From the NCBI GenBank assembly GCA_051362555.1, contig CM120646.1, positions 7,564,001 to 7,628,000 on the forward strand: a stretch of DNA of 64,000 bases, given 5' to 3'. Position numbers and translations under genes: made by a program. The notes under the pieces are model-generated. The model did not search any database. It was not told where the DNA came from and saw nothing but the letters and a program-made list of their open reading frames with translations. The DNA comes from Lingula anatina. Taxonomy: Eukaryota > Animalia > Brachiopoda. Shown in pieces: positions 26,943 to 39,500 of the stretch (position 1 is the stretch's first letter; each line of letters opens with the position of its first letter).

Positions 26943-29728
26943 ACGGGCTCCCATAATTTAATGTGATGTGACAATTAACTCAACAACAGAAAACGTATGC
27001 CTGTTAAGTGTCGGATCTTTGATTTAGTATTAATATTGAAATGTACGATGATGACTGAAAACACATTATTGTGTAATTTTAGGTTTGGAAAACGTGCAAT
27101 GGGTCCCTCGGAATATGGAGGAGGCCTAGACGACGCTGTAAATAACGTCCGATCATCTGTCATAGACCTGTTAGATTTTAACGGTAAGTATTTCTCACCC
27201 TTGAAAATATCAGATATAGTCAGCAGTGGACTCTTTTACTAGTCTCATTCCATGCGTGTTCACATACGTGTGCGATAACAGATGTGCACGCGTGTGCACT
27301 TTTTGGTCAGGAGAACCACGATCAAACATCCACTGACCTAACTGCCTGAACATGATTGAGAGGGAGACTGTTTCTGGTGACGCGTAATTGTAACTAGGGT
27401 AAAACTTAACTTATTCACGTTAACACATCATATCTTGTTCGCTGATCGTCATTCTTCAGTTTGGTATAACTTTAGTATGTTCGTAGGTTTAATTGCTTTG
27501 TGTCGTAACACCGCATATTAAGGGTTAATTTAAAGGGGTAGATAAGAGAGACACAAATCAAACATGTATCTACCCAAATGAACCCAAATGACCTTGTCAA
27601 ATCATAATTGTAGTGAATTTATTTGTCCTATAAGGGCAGACTTTGAGAATGTATAGAACGAGCTTCAGACGACTGAAAGCCATGAAGAAACACAAAAACC
27701 TTGTCGACGCTTATAATAAGAGTTTTAACTTAACGACGGGAGGATATTCAAAGCAAACAGTTACATGCAATAATTTTAACAAAGTTTCAGCGTTTCACCA
27801 TATGCAGTAATGATAGCATTATAATGGAGGTTATATGATAAAGTCGTCCACACCATGCCTTACGTAATGAAGCAAGACTTTTAAGTCTAGACTCATATGT
27901 ATAGTGTGTTTTAGTTAAAAACACTGGCGGACGTGCGCCGGTCAAAGGGGGGTGACGTCCATGCCCAGCCGTCACTGTCAGTGTGAATCGCATTTCAATT
28001 TAGAGCTTTAAACAGCTGAACTTTTTGCAACAATGGTTAGCTCTTTACCAATTACCTTTGAAGTGGGAAGTCTGGATTGTGGCAACCTGCTATGACGACA
28101 TTTAAAGTGAGAAAAAGAAGAAGAGTAAAAAAAAAAAGCGTCGAATTGGTGTACAATTAACCGCCCTGTCCTTAGCGTTTTATATCCTGAAATTGAGATT
28201 GAAATTAGGATTTTCACCAATCAGGGGTCGTGCAGAACAGAAACGCTTTTGATGTCAAGATAGCCAATATCATTTGCATGATTTGCCACATCCAACCGCG
28301 AAAAAACCATTTGCTTGACTCGGGGGTTATACAGTAGTAAGGCAGTGTCAAGAGGTGAAATTTTATTTGTTTTGATATACTGAGATAGTCAATCAAACTC
28401 TAGCGGAAGAAAGATAATTTGAAATATATTGCCTTTTGGACGTCACCCAATCTCTCCGATATCGGCACGTTGTTAACTCCATTGCTGGCACCAACAAAAT
28501 TGTTTTCTATACCAATTAAGTCGCCTCATCTTTCCCGGAAATCGATTAAAAATCAAGACATTAATTACCTGGGTATTATTCCCATTTTCTGGCAAGTTTC
28601 CGAAGGTAATACCTCAGCACCTGTGCCATAGTTATGGGAACATTTAGTACGAAGAAAGTCGAATACAAATAATTATGAGTGTACATTTTCTTTATATGTG
28701 AAAAAAATGTCAAGTGTCACCTTCCTTTCAGAGTACTTTCATCCAAACGACTTGTAGGCCTATATGGTTGTAAAGATTGGTGTTTCGTTGACAGAGAGTT
28801 GATATTGTTGGAAGTGAAAAAAAAAAGAAAAAAAAAAAAAGAAATAGGAAAAATGAAACGCAGAGAAGTTAATTAAGCAGCCTGGCCGTTAGTCTGTGAA
28901 CCGCAGCTCGTTGACAGCGCTCAAAGTTTTCATTTAATCACAGCCATTTTCGACCTTCTCTGAAGTACGTGTATTTCTGCGAAGCTTGACATGTGCAAAT
29001 TTTCCTCAGAAGATCAGATAGATCATTCACTTCACTGAGGCACATCAGACTGGCCGTAGAGAAAGAATTCAATATCTTTTACTCTGGCGTGGACAAATCC
29101 GGGGCTATATCGACAAAAAGGTGCCTCTGTAACTCGAAAGGAAAACTCCACCGAATTCCAATCCGTTTTGCTGAATAAAATGGGTAGCCAGTGGCTAGCC
29201 ATGTAAAAAGTGTATTAAAACTCAGTAACACAACAGCTTCTGTGGCTAGTTGTATTAAAAATGACAAACCTGAGGAAGATTTTGCAAAAATCTAGTTAAC
29301 ATATTATGCATTTTATAACCGCTGATGCATGGTTCTGTTTCCTCCGTTAAATTAATTGAGAAGAATTAATGAAGGATTGAAAAATATTGATATACTGCGA
29401 CTTCTGAAATGATCCACTGAGATAATCTAAGAAAATTATGTCTCAGATTTCTAAGCACATTCTTGTAATTGTTGTCATTGCTGTAAGATATGAAATTTAC
29501 TCCTCATACCAGTATATTAAAGCGTGTATGGATTCTGTTTTTCGTGGACTTTTTTTAATGATTTTAAAAATCAATTGCCTTTTTCTTCCTAGTCATCCTT
29601 GTCGACATACTCAGTATGAATAAATTCTTGTAATTTTTTTCTTTATAGGCGATGGGAAGCTTTCGTCCGCAGAACTAGGATTGGCATACTACTTGGATGA
29701 AATTGCTCCCCAGAAAAAGAGGCGGTAA
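20635..29728 (+). CDS. NPF: Neuropeptide Y/F (NPF) prepropeptide, 130 aa, 3 coding exons
   Basis: Exons: 20635-20846 (acceptor tttcag at 20611-20616, donor AG|gtaagt), 27083-27183 (ttttag|...AACG|gtaagt), 29649-29728 (tttatag|...TAA). Joined protein: MRSINTNPSSSKLTLSCIAIALIILTQVLAPCFA-HQLTKPPTRPSSFKNKAELTEYLRRLNAYYDVVGRPRF-GKR-AMGPSEYGGGLDDAVNNVRSSVIDLLDFNGDGKLSSAELGLAYYLDEIAPQKKRR. It shows a signal peptide, the PPxRP..F...EL..YL..LN.YY...GRPRF family pattern, a GKR amidation/cleavage site, and the phase-2 intron inside the last Arg codon that is diagnostic for NPY/NPF genes. Confidence 0.95.
21620..22334. mobile_element. 715-bp foldback MITE with ~260-bp imperfect TIRs; TAC..GTA termini, 6-bp TSD
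   Basis: Ends TACCATGGCCCATAGGAGCCTACGCGTGCGTCTT and AAGACGCACGCGTAGGCTCCTATGGGCCATGGTA. TSD GATTAC at 21614-21619 and 22335-22340. Located in the NPF intron following coding exon 1. Confidence 0.88.
23709..23992. mobile_element. MITE with CCCGCA..TGCGGG termini, 2-bp TSD (AT), internal GCAGTAG subrepeats (CACTA/EnSpm-like)
   Basis: CCCGCAAGAAAATGCAGTAG pairs with CTACTTCGTTTTCGTGCGGG. AT flanks both ends. Confidence 0.7.
26573..26793 (-). mobile_element. hAT-like MITE, second copy with an internal deletion
   Basis: Reverse complement of 5827-6093; shared blocks include TTTTAGAGGGCGAACGGTGCCA and GACCATTGGTGTGATTTTTTT. Confidence 0.7.
27083..27183 (+). CDS. NPF: NPF coding exon 2 (R-F-G-K-R and first half of the C-terminal flanking peptide)
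   Basis: ag|G TTT GGA AAA CGT completes RPRF-GKR. 101 nt, phase 2 to phase 1, donor gtaagt at 27184. Confidence 0.93.
29649..29728 (+). CDS. NPF: NPF coding exon 3 (GDGKLSSAELGLAYYLDEIAPQKKRR*)
   Basis: Strong polypyrimidine acceptor (tttttttctttatag). Phase-1 compatible. Completes an EF-hand loop across the junction and ends in KKRR-TAA. AATAAA signals follow near 30128, 30570 and 30714. Confidence 0.82.
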
Positions 29729-32700
29729 TGGAGCTGTGCGATATATTTTTTGGTATAGGCGGAGCCACCTGTACAAGACGGTCCTGATCCTGAACTTGTT
29801 GACACTAGTTGTCCATGCAATTCACATCCTTAAAACAGCAGCGATTATGTGACTGAAGGATCATAGTTGAATCTCAGGCATAACACATTATCAACAAATT
29901 CTTAAACACCACCTGCTTTCTCTTAAGCACACTGCCTGTTAAAATAACAACCTTTGGTATGAAAAGATTGATTGATTGTTATTCTGCTCCAGAAAAACCG
30001 TTCCGTTCTTGTAAAAACCTTTGGATAATTCTATTGAACTCTGATCGTTCTTCGATGAAAAAGCGTTCAGAGGACGCTCAGTCTCTCTAAATCAATTAAA
30101 CCTTCTTTTTCGCTCAAAGCCCTCGGAAATAAATGTGGTCAGTGCGTTGCGAAATCGGACTTATCATACGCCGCTTTATAATAATTAGCAGTAGTTATTA
30201 ATGGCCGGAAAAAAAATCTGGCCTGCAACAGGGAAGGATTAAAAATTCGGACAGGCTGAGCGTTCATTGATCGAGGAACTAAATAATACTAGTGAGAGCT
30301 AAAATTGTATTGAGACGGTATTGGATATCTTCAATTCAGAATATATTGGTTCGTTTTTTTTGGCGGTGCGGTTTGTCCATTCTTAATTTACTGGTCAAGG
30401 AGTAAAATTCACACATCTTGGTATATTTATATCTCTATCAAAGTTTCACATCTAAGAGATCCGGAAATGACGGTATTTTGAAAATTCAAATTGATAAGAC
30501 TGTCTCTCTAACAATGTTCTTTCAATAATAATTAATTTAACTTAGCTCTTAATCCAAGGATATCTTTTTGGTATTATTTAATAAATTCAACTCACAAACT
30601 AATGCGCCTGGTGTTGAACAATGAAAGCATGCGTAATATAACAAGCGTATAAGGAATATTTAGTCATCCGTCTTGAATGAACTATTCTCTTTGAATATGA
30701 TGACCCGTGACTGAATAAATTTCAAAACAAATGTACGTAAGTTAACAAACTCATTCAAAATTTGTGTCCCTTTGAAATAAGTATTCCTTTTTATTCGCTG
30801 GATACCATTAGTACATACAAATCAGTCCTCAATCCATATTACTCGAACTATACAATATCTAGAATGAGTTTTGTGGAATATATATATTTTATATTAGATA
30901 ATGCTTGTAAACATTATTTTAATTGAATCTTGAAATAATTGTCCGGTTCCAGAGGGCCGGAGATACCGGTACATGTACACGTAAGCGAGTTCGGTTATCT
31001 GCAGGAAATGGTTTCTTTTTATAAAATCTTTCTCAATTTTCATGTCCAAAATCAAGAGGACAAATGATAATCATAAATTTTGAACTACATGTAGCTGTAT
31101 AGTTATTTAAACTGATACAGCTAATGCAATGTCAAAGTTACCTTTCATTTGGTTTCTTTTTCCTTGAAAGAAGAACATTATGAACTTGAAGGTTATTATT
31201 AATGTGACGGCATGAAAACACATAATAGCTTGGCCTTAACGAGGTTCTTCTATACCAAATCGATAAAAAAGCACGCGAAGAGAATATGATAAAGGTAGAC
31301 ACAGAGCTACACGTAGGACGTACAGGGGTACCAGAGATGCTGAAATCTTTTGAGCCATAGACTACCAAAGCCATTCCAGCATACAATTTTTCTACATTTT
31401 TTGGCTCCTTTACATTATAACATTGCTGGATGCAAGGTTTCAATGATGGTAAAAAAATATAATAGTGAAATTGATAAAATGGATATTAAAAAATCTTTAT
31501 TTTGTCTTGGCATTCCTTCCTCACGGCTTACATCTTCTAAATGTAGATATTTACATACAGTTACTGTCACACGGGCACTCTAAGTATGGCAACTTTAACA
31601 CATCGGACTATTTATTGTTGTGTCCATTGACAAACGCGTTGAGTTACATTTAATATTCACGGTAAAAAAATATATATATATCATTTTTCTTTCCCACGCA
31701 GCGCAACTGATTACTGCTAATTGATTCCGAGTACGTCAAATCCACTTGTAAACCGCCCTCTTAGTTGCAAGGATAAGCAGGGATTGTCTTAGAACTAATC
31801 CGTTCTCGTGGACAACCCGTTCTGACGGATTACTGATGCAGGGGCCGCGGGCCGTGAATAAATCGCTGTCGTTCACTGTTCATGCTGCCTACCTGATTAT
31901 TGTTCTGGTAATTTTCTCAGTTTTTAAATTTAAATCAAAGTTAACTCATATGGTGACTTTGGTCAGTGTTTCTGTCCAAACTAAAATGTCAAATAGATCG
32001 GTTTAGAAATTCTCGTTAAGCTCTTTGACCATGCAGTGAGACTACAGCGCATTTTCATCCCAGAGATGATCTCGGTTCTCAAGTAAAACATATTTTAATT
32101 AGTAAATCAACTGAATATACGACTTCAGCTTTTTATTTTGGACACAACACATTTTTAATTAGAAAAATACACGCGATTAATGGTTTCTCTGTATATTCAG
32201 TGATAAAGATAGGATGGATTAAACGTAAAGCAAATCCGGATTATTTTCGACTTCCAGAAGTGATCTATTTCCCACGATTTGAACGAGGGATTATTAAGGT
32301 AAGCAGTTCGGTATCAATATGAGACGGAATTTAAACCTTGCTGGCTCAAGGTTTACTACAAGGAGTCAATGAGCTTAATATTCGTACTTGTATGCTTTAA
32401 TGTAAATCATGGGAGATGAAATAGCCTTTTAAAAAGGTGCATTGTTCTTCCCGACACGCATGACTGTTAATAGCAACGGCGCTTGCAGAACTACTCCATT
32501 CATTTGCTATTTCTCGGGCACATGCCCCCCCCCCAAATCACTTTTGAAGGAGTACATTTAGTTGGTCCTTTTTCATGTATGATAATAAATATCACTTAAC
32601 CATTTTTCTAAAAACAAAATTCTCCAACTACTTAATTAACGCTTACTTTGATTGAACTTTTAACACAGTACACTTTATCGCTTTGAAATATTAAATACAG

Positions 32701-33185
32701 TCTGACCATAACTCAAAATTGATTACTTCATTTTTTCTCAATTGACCTGAAAAAAATTGATTCAGAAATCACATCATATGTCTGTTCAAAGACCCCGTTA
32801 GTGACTCATAAACCAGATACAATACTATAAGGTCCATCTAATTTTTCAAATAATTACCAATCAGTCTACGTAATTGCACAAAGAACCATTTAGCACTATC
32901 TGTGCGCCTTTTTCACAGTCACTTCAGTCCCGGACGATGATTTACAGCACTGATGATGATAATAAATAGGCAAGTTGCTACTATCAATTATACAGTATAA
33001 TTTCTACCGCCGCTAAAAGTCTGCCAAGATAATGAAGAAGAATGCAGTTACTTGCACTGATGGCTTTGGCATGTCTTTCAATTAAGAATGCAGACCTATT
33101 TATCCAGTTTAAAAAGGAAGACAAACCATATGGCACGAAGAGCGCCATTTCACAAAATCCACTTCCACTCGACTAACCTGATTTA

Positions 33186-33360
33186 GGCCCCATTCAGAAT
33201 AGGGGACTTACTAGTCTGAGGGTCAAATATGGCAACTCACTACAAAGCTTACCTTCTAATCCGCTAATAGACACTGAATAGATTTCCTGTCGGAAGGTAT
33301 TCTAGTGGGTCGGCCATATTTGACCCACAGACTAGTTAGTCCCCTATTCCAAATGAGGCC
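33186..33360. mobile_element. 175-bp palindromic Tourist/PIF-Harbinger-like MITE
   Basis: GGCCCCATTCAGAATAGGGGACT pairs with AGTCCCCTATTCCAAATGAGGCC. Arms are ~65 bp. TTA TSD on both sides. Confidence 0.8.
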
Positions 33361-33784
33361 TTACAGATTTTGTTTCTTTATATTCGAACTTACACAAGTG
33401 CATTCAGAGGCGTGCTTCATTTGGGTTTACCGCGCCAATAACAAAAGTTCTTTCAGTTTTAAGGATTCCTTGGTGAAATAGATCACGTGACCTACTTAAC
33501 AGACCCTCTTACACTTGTGACTTGTTCGATAACATCCCATCAAACACCACCGAAGTTCAGACGAGACAATAGGATATGTATGGAAATTTGGAGCTGGCCC
33601 GCTTCGGCTATAAACCTCGAGCATCGTCCTGCCTGCCCCAAGTTCGAAGTTCGGAGATTTGCTTGCTTTCATCAACTTTACGATAGAAAGTAGGTATCAT
33701 GTTTTCCAAGGGTCACAGTCAACAAACAAAATATTAAATTATCCAAGTAAGCATTGAAAACTAGTTTCGGTAAAACGATGCAAT

Positions 33785-33822
<38 letters not shown>

Positions 33823-34776
33823 CTAATTTATTACAGTGACCCAACAGGTGTACAGTATATCCGAAAATTTTAGTTGCAAAACTACTGGGTTGTGATCACA
33901 AACTGCGCACCATATTTCATTTTAGCGCATTGTTTGCAGCACTGGAGGAAAGAAAAAAAAAAAAAAAACAGCAGCGTTGATTTAGCCGGCTTGGCATTGG
34001 TTATAGATCAAAGTCTGTCTGGGGAAAGGTAATAAAAGGCATTCTATCAGTGCTAGATGTACGTAAGAACGCAAATAGACTAAGAATGTGTAGAGAGATG
34101 CCCCTCAAAGATGATGACTCTCAGGAGACCACATTAATTCAAGCCAGGAAAGTCCATTTTTGTTCCAAACTGAGATTTTGGTTTTATACTGTATCCTCTG
34201 TAGTTACATGTATCAGAGTTATGACAAAGAAAGCGAGTTGCTGCAGATCAGCCGCCCTGCATAGGCCTTGGGCTAAAAAGCATCCTTACAGAATGGTTGA
34301 GGAGTTCCCACCGTGCTTCAGACAATTATATCACTTAAGTGGTAAATATATTTCGTCATTTGGTGACGCCACCGACAAATTAACCCAGACGAACATAATT
34401 TTTTTTTCGGACCCCAGAACCAGGGATATAACATAACCTATGCTAATTATCCAATACCACTTGATTTATTCAGGTAGAACACAAAACAACACTAAGAGAT
34501 CCTAGCGGTAGATCTTCAGCCATACTGTACAGTCCGATAAAAGCCTCCAGTGGTAGTATTTCGAGTGCGTAAATCTCCAAGAAGAAAAAACGCACAGAAA
34601 AAATGGAATCATAAATCAATATGTTGGACGTCTCGATTGCCCACAGATACTGTGTATGCGGCAAACGTGTCATGTCGGTTGATCGTTATGGATTGAGAAA
34701 TGAGAACACAGTGCATCTACACAAGCTGGCGTCCCTGAAGCGATTCCAAGCCGCCCCCGCCCCCCCCCCCCCCCCC

Positions 34777-34807
<31 letters not shown>

Positions 34808-35877
34808 CGGGGACTAATATGTAAGGGCAACGTGGTAGCTATAATTCTGTGCTAGGACAGCTACCATTAAAATAGAATTAACATTACTTTTGTTTTACAA
34901 TATAAAATAATACTATTTACAAAAAATTAATAACACATTAATAAAAATCTGGTTTACCGGCGGAATTTTTTTTATTAATGCACGAGTACATTTTGTGAAC
35001 CGAACTCAGCGTATCTATTTCGTGCAATTCAATAAACTAATAACAAACCACCAGGTACAACAAAAATAAATTATTTTATTCTTTTCGTATCAGTGAGCTT
35101 GATACAAACTTTTGTATACATCGGTGGACAGTTTACGACTTCACTTACGCCTAGGTTACATTCGCCTTGTCCGTATGATGCACGTACACTACCCGTAAAT
35201 TACTTTTTTGTGCGGCGTTCGTGAAGAGAAAGAAGAAGGCGGTGGCCGTGTGAAAACGACCTCCGTAGCCTCCACGATTGTGTCGAGCTGATTCTGATTT
35301 TGTGTTTCCAAATTCTAACCACGTGGGTTTTTAAATCGTAGGGCGGCTGCACATACAACGTATTGCCCTTTCAGGAAGTCGTAAGGAGTGTAAACGGCAT
35401 AAGCATGGACTAAACGGGCTCCGTATGGTCACTTTTCCTGTTTTAACTGTTTAATCATATTCACACAAAAGATTGTACATGATTTCCATCCTACGGCGCC
35501 CGTGGCAAAAGTAATCCAGGCTGTTTTCGTTTTCCATCCACAACAACGGGGCACCGCTTCCTAGAAATACTTGCTTTGACAACATGTAATACTTATCACA
35601 CAACAGAAACGTATTAACGCTCGCTTTAACAATACATGGCGAGATATACCATCCACGTTTATTATAACTGGAACGCTGAAACCAGCACCAATACAAAATA
35701 TTACATAAATACCATATGAAAGAAAATGGTGTTAGCCAGCTGAAGTCAATAATGATTCCTTTCATCAAAACAGATATTGCACATTGTTCACAATTTTAAT
35801 CATAACTTATAATTCAATCTAAAATTTCAATATGCACACTCCACTGACCATCTTATCAGCAGGATAGATCGTAATTC

Positions 35878-36151
35878 CACTGGCAGATCCAAGATTTTTC
35901 TAAGGTGCGCAGGGCGGGGCGGGGCGGGGCGGGGGGGGGGGCTGAAACCTATTGGCTCAATTCGCTCACAAACATAAAACGAGAAAAACTGCAATTTTAC
36001 TGTAATATGTGAGGCACAGAAATGGGAAATCAGCTTGGGTTTGTCTGCCTTTATTTGGTCTACCGTCTTTGGGAGGGAGAAGGGAGCAGGGAACCTAAGA
36101 AGCTAAGGGAAGGGCTCTCGCTGGTGGTGCCCTCTTCTGGATCTTCCCTTG
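35878..36151. mobile_element. Degenerate hAT-like MITE
   Basis: CACTGGCAGATCCAAG ... CTGGATCTTCCCTTG termini with a G-rich subterminal tract, resembling the 5827 family ends. Confidence 0.45.
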
Positions 36152-36517
36152 AACTTACATCTGCCCTACTTCACTAGCTAATTCAATCAGTAATTTTTCA
36201 ATAAGAAAATGGACATAAAAATGAAAAACTAGATTTTGTGACACAATTAAATATTGGAAGAAAAAGCCATATGTATGAATACATTGACCAGTCAGAACCC
36301 TCTCCTGTGCTGGAAAGAAATAATTCTTGGCAGTAGAGAGAGAGAGTGCTGGCTAAATTAGTCATCTCTTAAAACAGACTCTTAAACTAGAAATACAATA
36401 AGAACACATCAAAAAGACCTGAACCATTCTTTGGAGAACTAATATTTCCACAAGAAATACTTGAAAAAATACAATATCAAGATTGTTCTTAAAAACAACC
36501 CAGCATTACTTTGACAA

Positions 36518-39500
36518 CTACCGATAGTAAAGCAAATCATTTATGGAATCATCTTTGTTCTTGGAGGTCTTCTTTGTCTGTTTCCCATACACAAATTGAT
36601 AATTGTCTTCCAGCTGACTGTGTTTCTCTGCTTCGTCTACGGCATCAGTATCCGTTCCCTTTGAGAAAGAAAAATAAATGGCTAAATATAAATAATACAC
36701 ACCTTTAACAAAACAATTTCTCTTTCTTAACTGCTTGTTTAACAGTTTTCCATTTTGTCTCCAGTGTGACGAGTCAGATTAAGTGTTTTGGTTCAACTAT
36801 TAACTTGCAAGAATATTTAAAATACATAAGAAAGAGTATGAAAAACAGAACGACATGAAACAAACTCAGAAGACTCACAGTGTCAGAAGACATTATCTTA
36901 TATTTTATATTAAAAACATGGTGTCCTGACCTAAATGATGATGGTAATCTTTAATATGGAATCAGAGCACACAATTAAAACAGCATTCATCAATTTATTA
37001 TCTGCATAAAACCATTAATCAACAGGCTCTTCACGCACTGTGCATTCAGATTGCATGTAAATGATAACTAGAGGATCAGAGAGGCGATACCGCCTCCGAA
37101 TATTGTACCACCAGCTGGAGCAAGCGCATTCGTATAGACCCCCACATACACAAAATAAGGGGTGCAGCCACCAGTCTTGTGCTTGACAAGCTGTAAAAAT
37201 GCAATCAACAAGAATTTTCAAAATATGCAAAAAATATATATAACTAAAAATGGTGCAATCAAAGTTAAGTTCATTGTAAGGTAGGTCAAAGGTCAATTTC
37301 AAGGTCACAGTAAATTGCCAGTATATGACTTCCTATCCAACTTCAATAGTAACTATGGACCTATCTCTGCCAGTTTTGGAGATAAAAGGGAAGCAAAATT
37401 TGCAAAGTTCAGTTCATGGTGAAAAGAAGGTCAAAGGTCAATTTCAAGGTCACAGTAAAATTGCCAGTATATGACTTCCTATGCAAGTTCAATAGTAACT
37501 ATGGACCTATCTCTGCCAGTTTTGGAGATAAAAGGGAAGCAAATTTTGCAAAGTTCAGTTCAAGGTGAAAAGTAGGTCAAAGGTCAATTTCAAGGTCACA
37601 GTAAAATTGCCAGTATATGACTTCCTATTCAAGTTCAATAGTAACTATGGACCTATCTCTGCCAGTTTTGGAGATAAAAGGGAAGCAAAATTTGCAAAGT
37701 TCAGTTCATGGTGATAAGTAGGTCAAAGGTCAATTTCAAGGTCACAGTAAGATTGCCAGTATATGACTTCCTATTCAACTTCAATAGTAACTATGGACCT
37801 ATCTCTGCCAGTTTTGGAGATAAAAGGGAAGCAAAATTTGCAAAGTTCAGTTCATGGTGAAAAGTAGGTCAAAGGTCAATTTCAAGGTCACATTTAGATT
37901 GCCAGTATATGACTTCCTATTCAACTTCAATAGTAACTATGGACCTATCTCTGCCAGTTTTGGAGATAAAAGGGAAGCAAAATTTGCAAAGTTCAGTTCA
38001 TGGTGAAAAGAAGGTCAAAGGTCAATTTCAAGGTCACAGTAAAATTGCCAGTATATGACTTCCTATGCAAGTTCAATAGTAACTATGGACCTATCTCTGC
38101 CAGTTTTGGAGATAAAAGGGAAGCAAATTTTGCAAAGTTCAGTTCAAGGTGAAAAGTAGGTCAAAGGTCAATTTCAAGGTCACAGTAAAATTGCCAGTAT
38201 ATGACTTCCTATTCAAGTTCAATAGTAACTATGGACCTATCTCTGCCAGTTTTGGAGATAAAAGGGAAGCAAAATTTGCAAAGTTCAGTTCATGGTGATA
38301 AGTAGGTCAAAGGTCAATTTCAAGGTCACAGTAAGATTGCCAGTATATGACTTCCTATTCAACTTCAATAGTAACTATGGACCTATCTCTGCCAGTTTTG
38401 GAGATAAAAGGGAAGCAAAATTTGCAAAGTTCAGTTCATGGTGAAAAGTAGGTCAAAGGTCAATGTCAAGGTCACAGTAAGATTGCCAGTATATGACTTC
38501 CTATTCAACTTCAATAGTAACTATGGACCTATCTCTGCCAGTTTTGGAGATATAAGGGACTAAATGTTATAATTTTGGAGTTACCATAATGTGCCATAAA
38601 TTTCCTACAGAAAAAATTAATTAAAATAAAGAAAAGGTCATTTTGGTCAAAGTTCTTGAAATGGGAGGTTCTCTGAAGTTGGAGAAGTTTAAATTTGATA
38701 AAATAATGTCATTTTTGACCACAAGTTGTCTGCTTTGCCAAGCATTATGTTTTATTTTTCCGGAGTTCAAAATTTATTATCCATTACCGTACTGCACATT
38801 TTTACGGAAGCCGACTGGTGCCATATGTTGAAAAAAAAAATTATCTCGAAATTTCGAGATAGCATTTTTTTTGTTCAAATTTCAAAATACTATCTCGAAA
38901 TTTCGAGATAAATTTTTTTGCTCAAATATCAAAATGCTATCTCGAAATTTCGAGATAATTTTTTTTTTGTTCAAATTTCAAAATGCTATCTCGAAATTTC
39001 GAGATAAAAATTTTTTTTGTTCAAATTTCAAAATAGTATCTCGAAATTTCGAGATAATTTTTTTTTCTACATATGGCACCAGTCGGCTTCCGTACATTTT
39101 CCTTTCACCACCAATATGTACTTTCTGATACAGCGTAACTCGAAAACCGTATGAAATACAAAAAAACCGAGACCACCTCCAGTGTTGGGCTTTACATGCT
39201 CTACAAAATGCAAAAAAGAATGGGTCTCTAGCATTAACGGTTCCCGAATTAGAGACAGTTTTCAGTTTCGGTATCTTATGGCCGCTACTCCTGTGAAAAT
39301 GCACCGATTGACCCCAAATTCACGGAGATGAAAGATGACCTGAAGGGTAACACTTTCCAATAATATTATTGGTTAAGTCTGTGTGGCGTCTGAATAACAG
39401 GGCAAAAAAATTTTTTTTCGTAAAAAATTTCATTTTTTTGAAAATTTTGACCCATTTGACCTTGAAGTAAAGGTCAAAGGTCAAATCCGAGGGTATATTT

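Noticed and set aside
35100-35770. CpG-richer segment between NPF and OS9 as a possible small gene or ncRNA
   Set aside because: I found no convincing ORF, splice pattern or recognisable RNA structure.
37283-38560. Regular repeat array as a possible CRISPR
   Set aside because: The monomers are contiguous 146-bp repeats with no unique spacers, there are no cas genes, and the context is eukaryotic.
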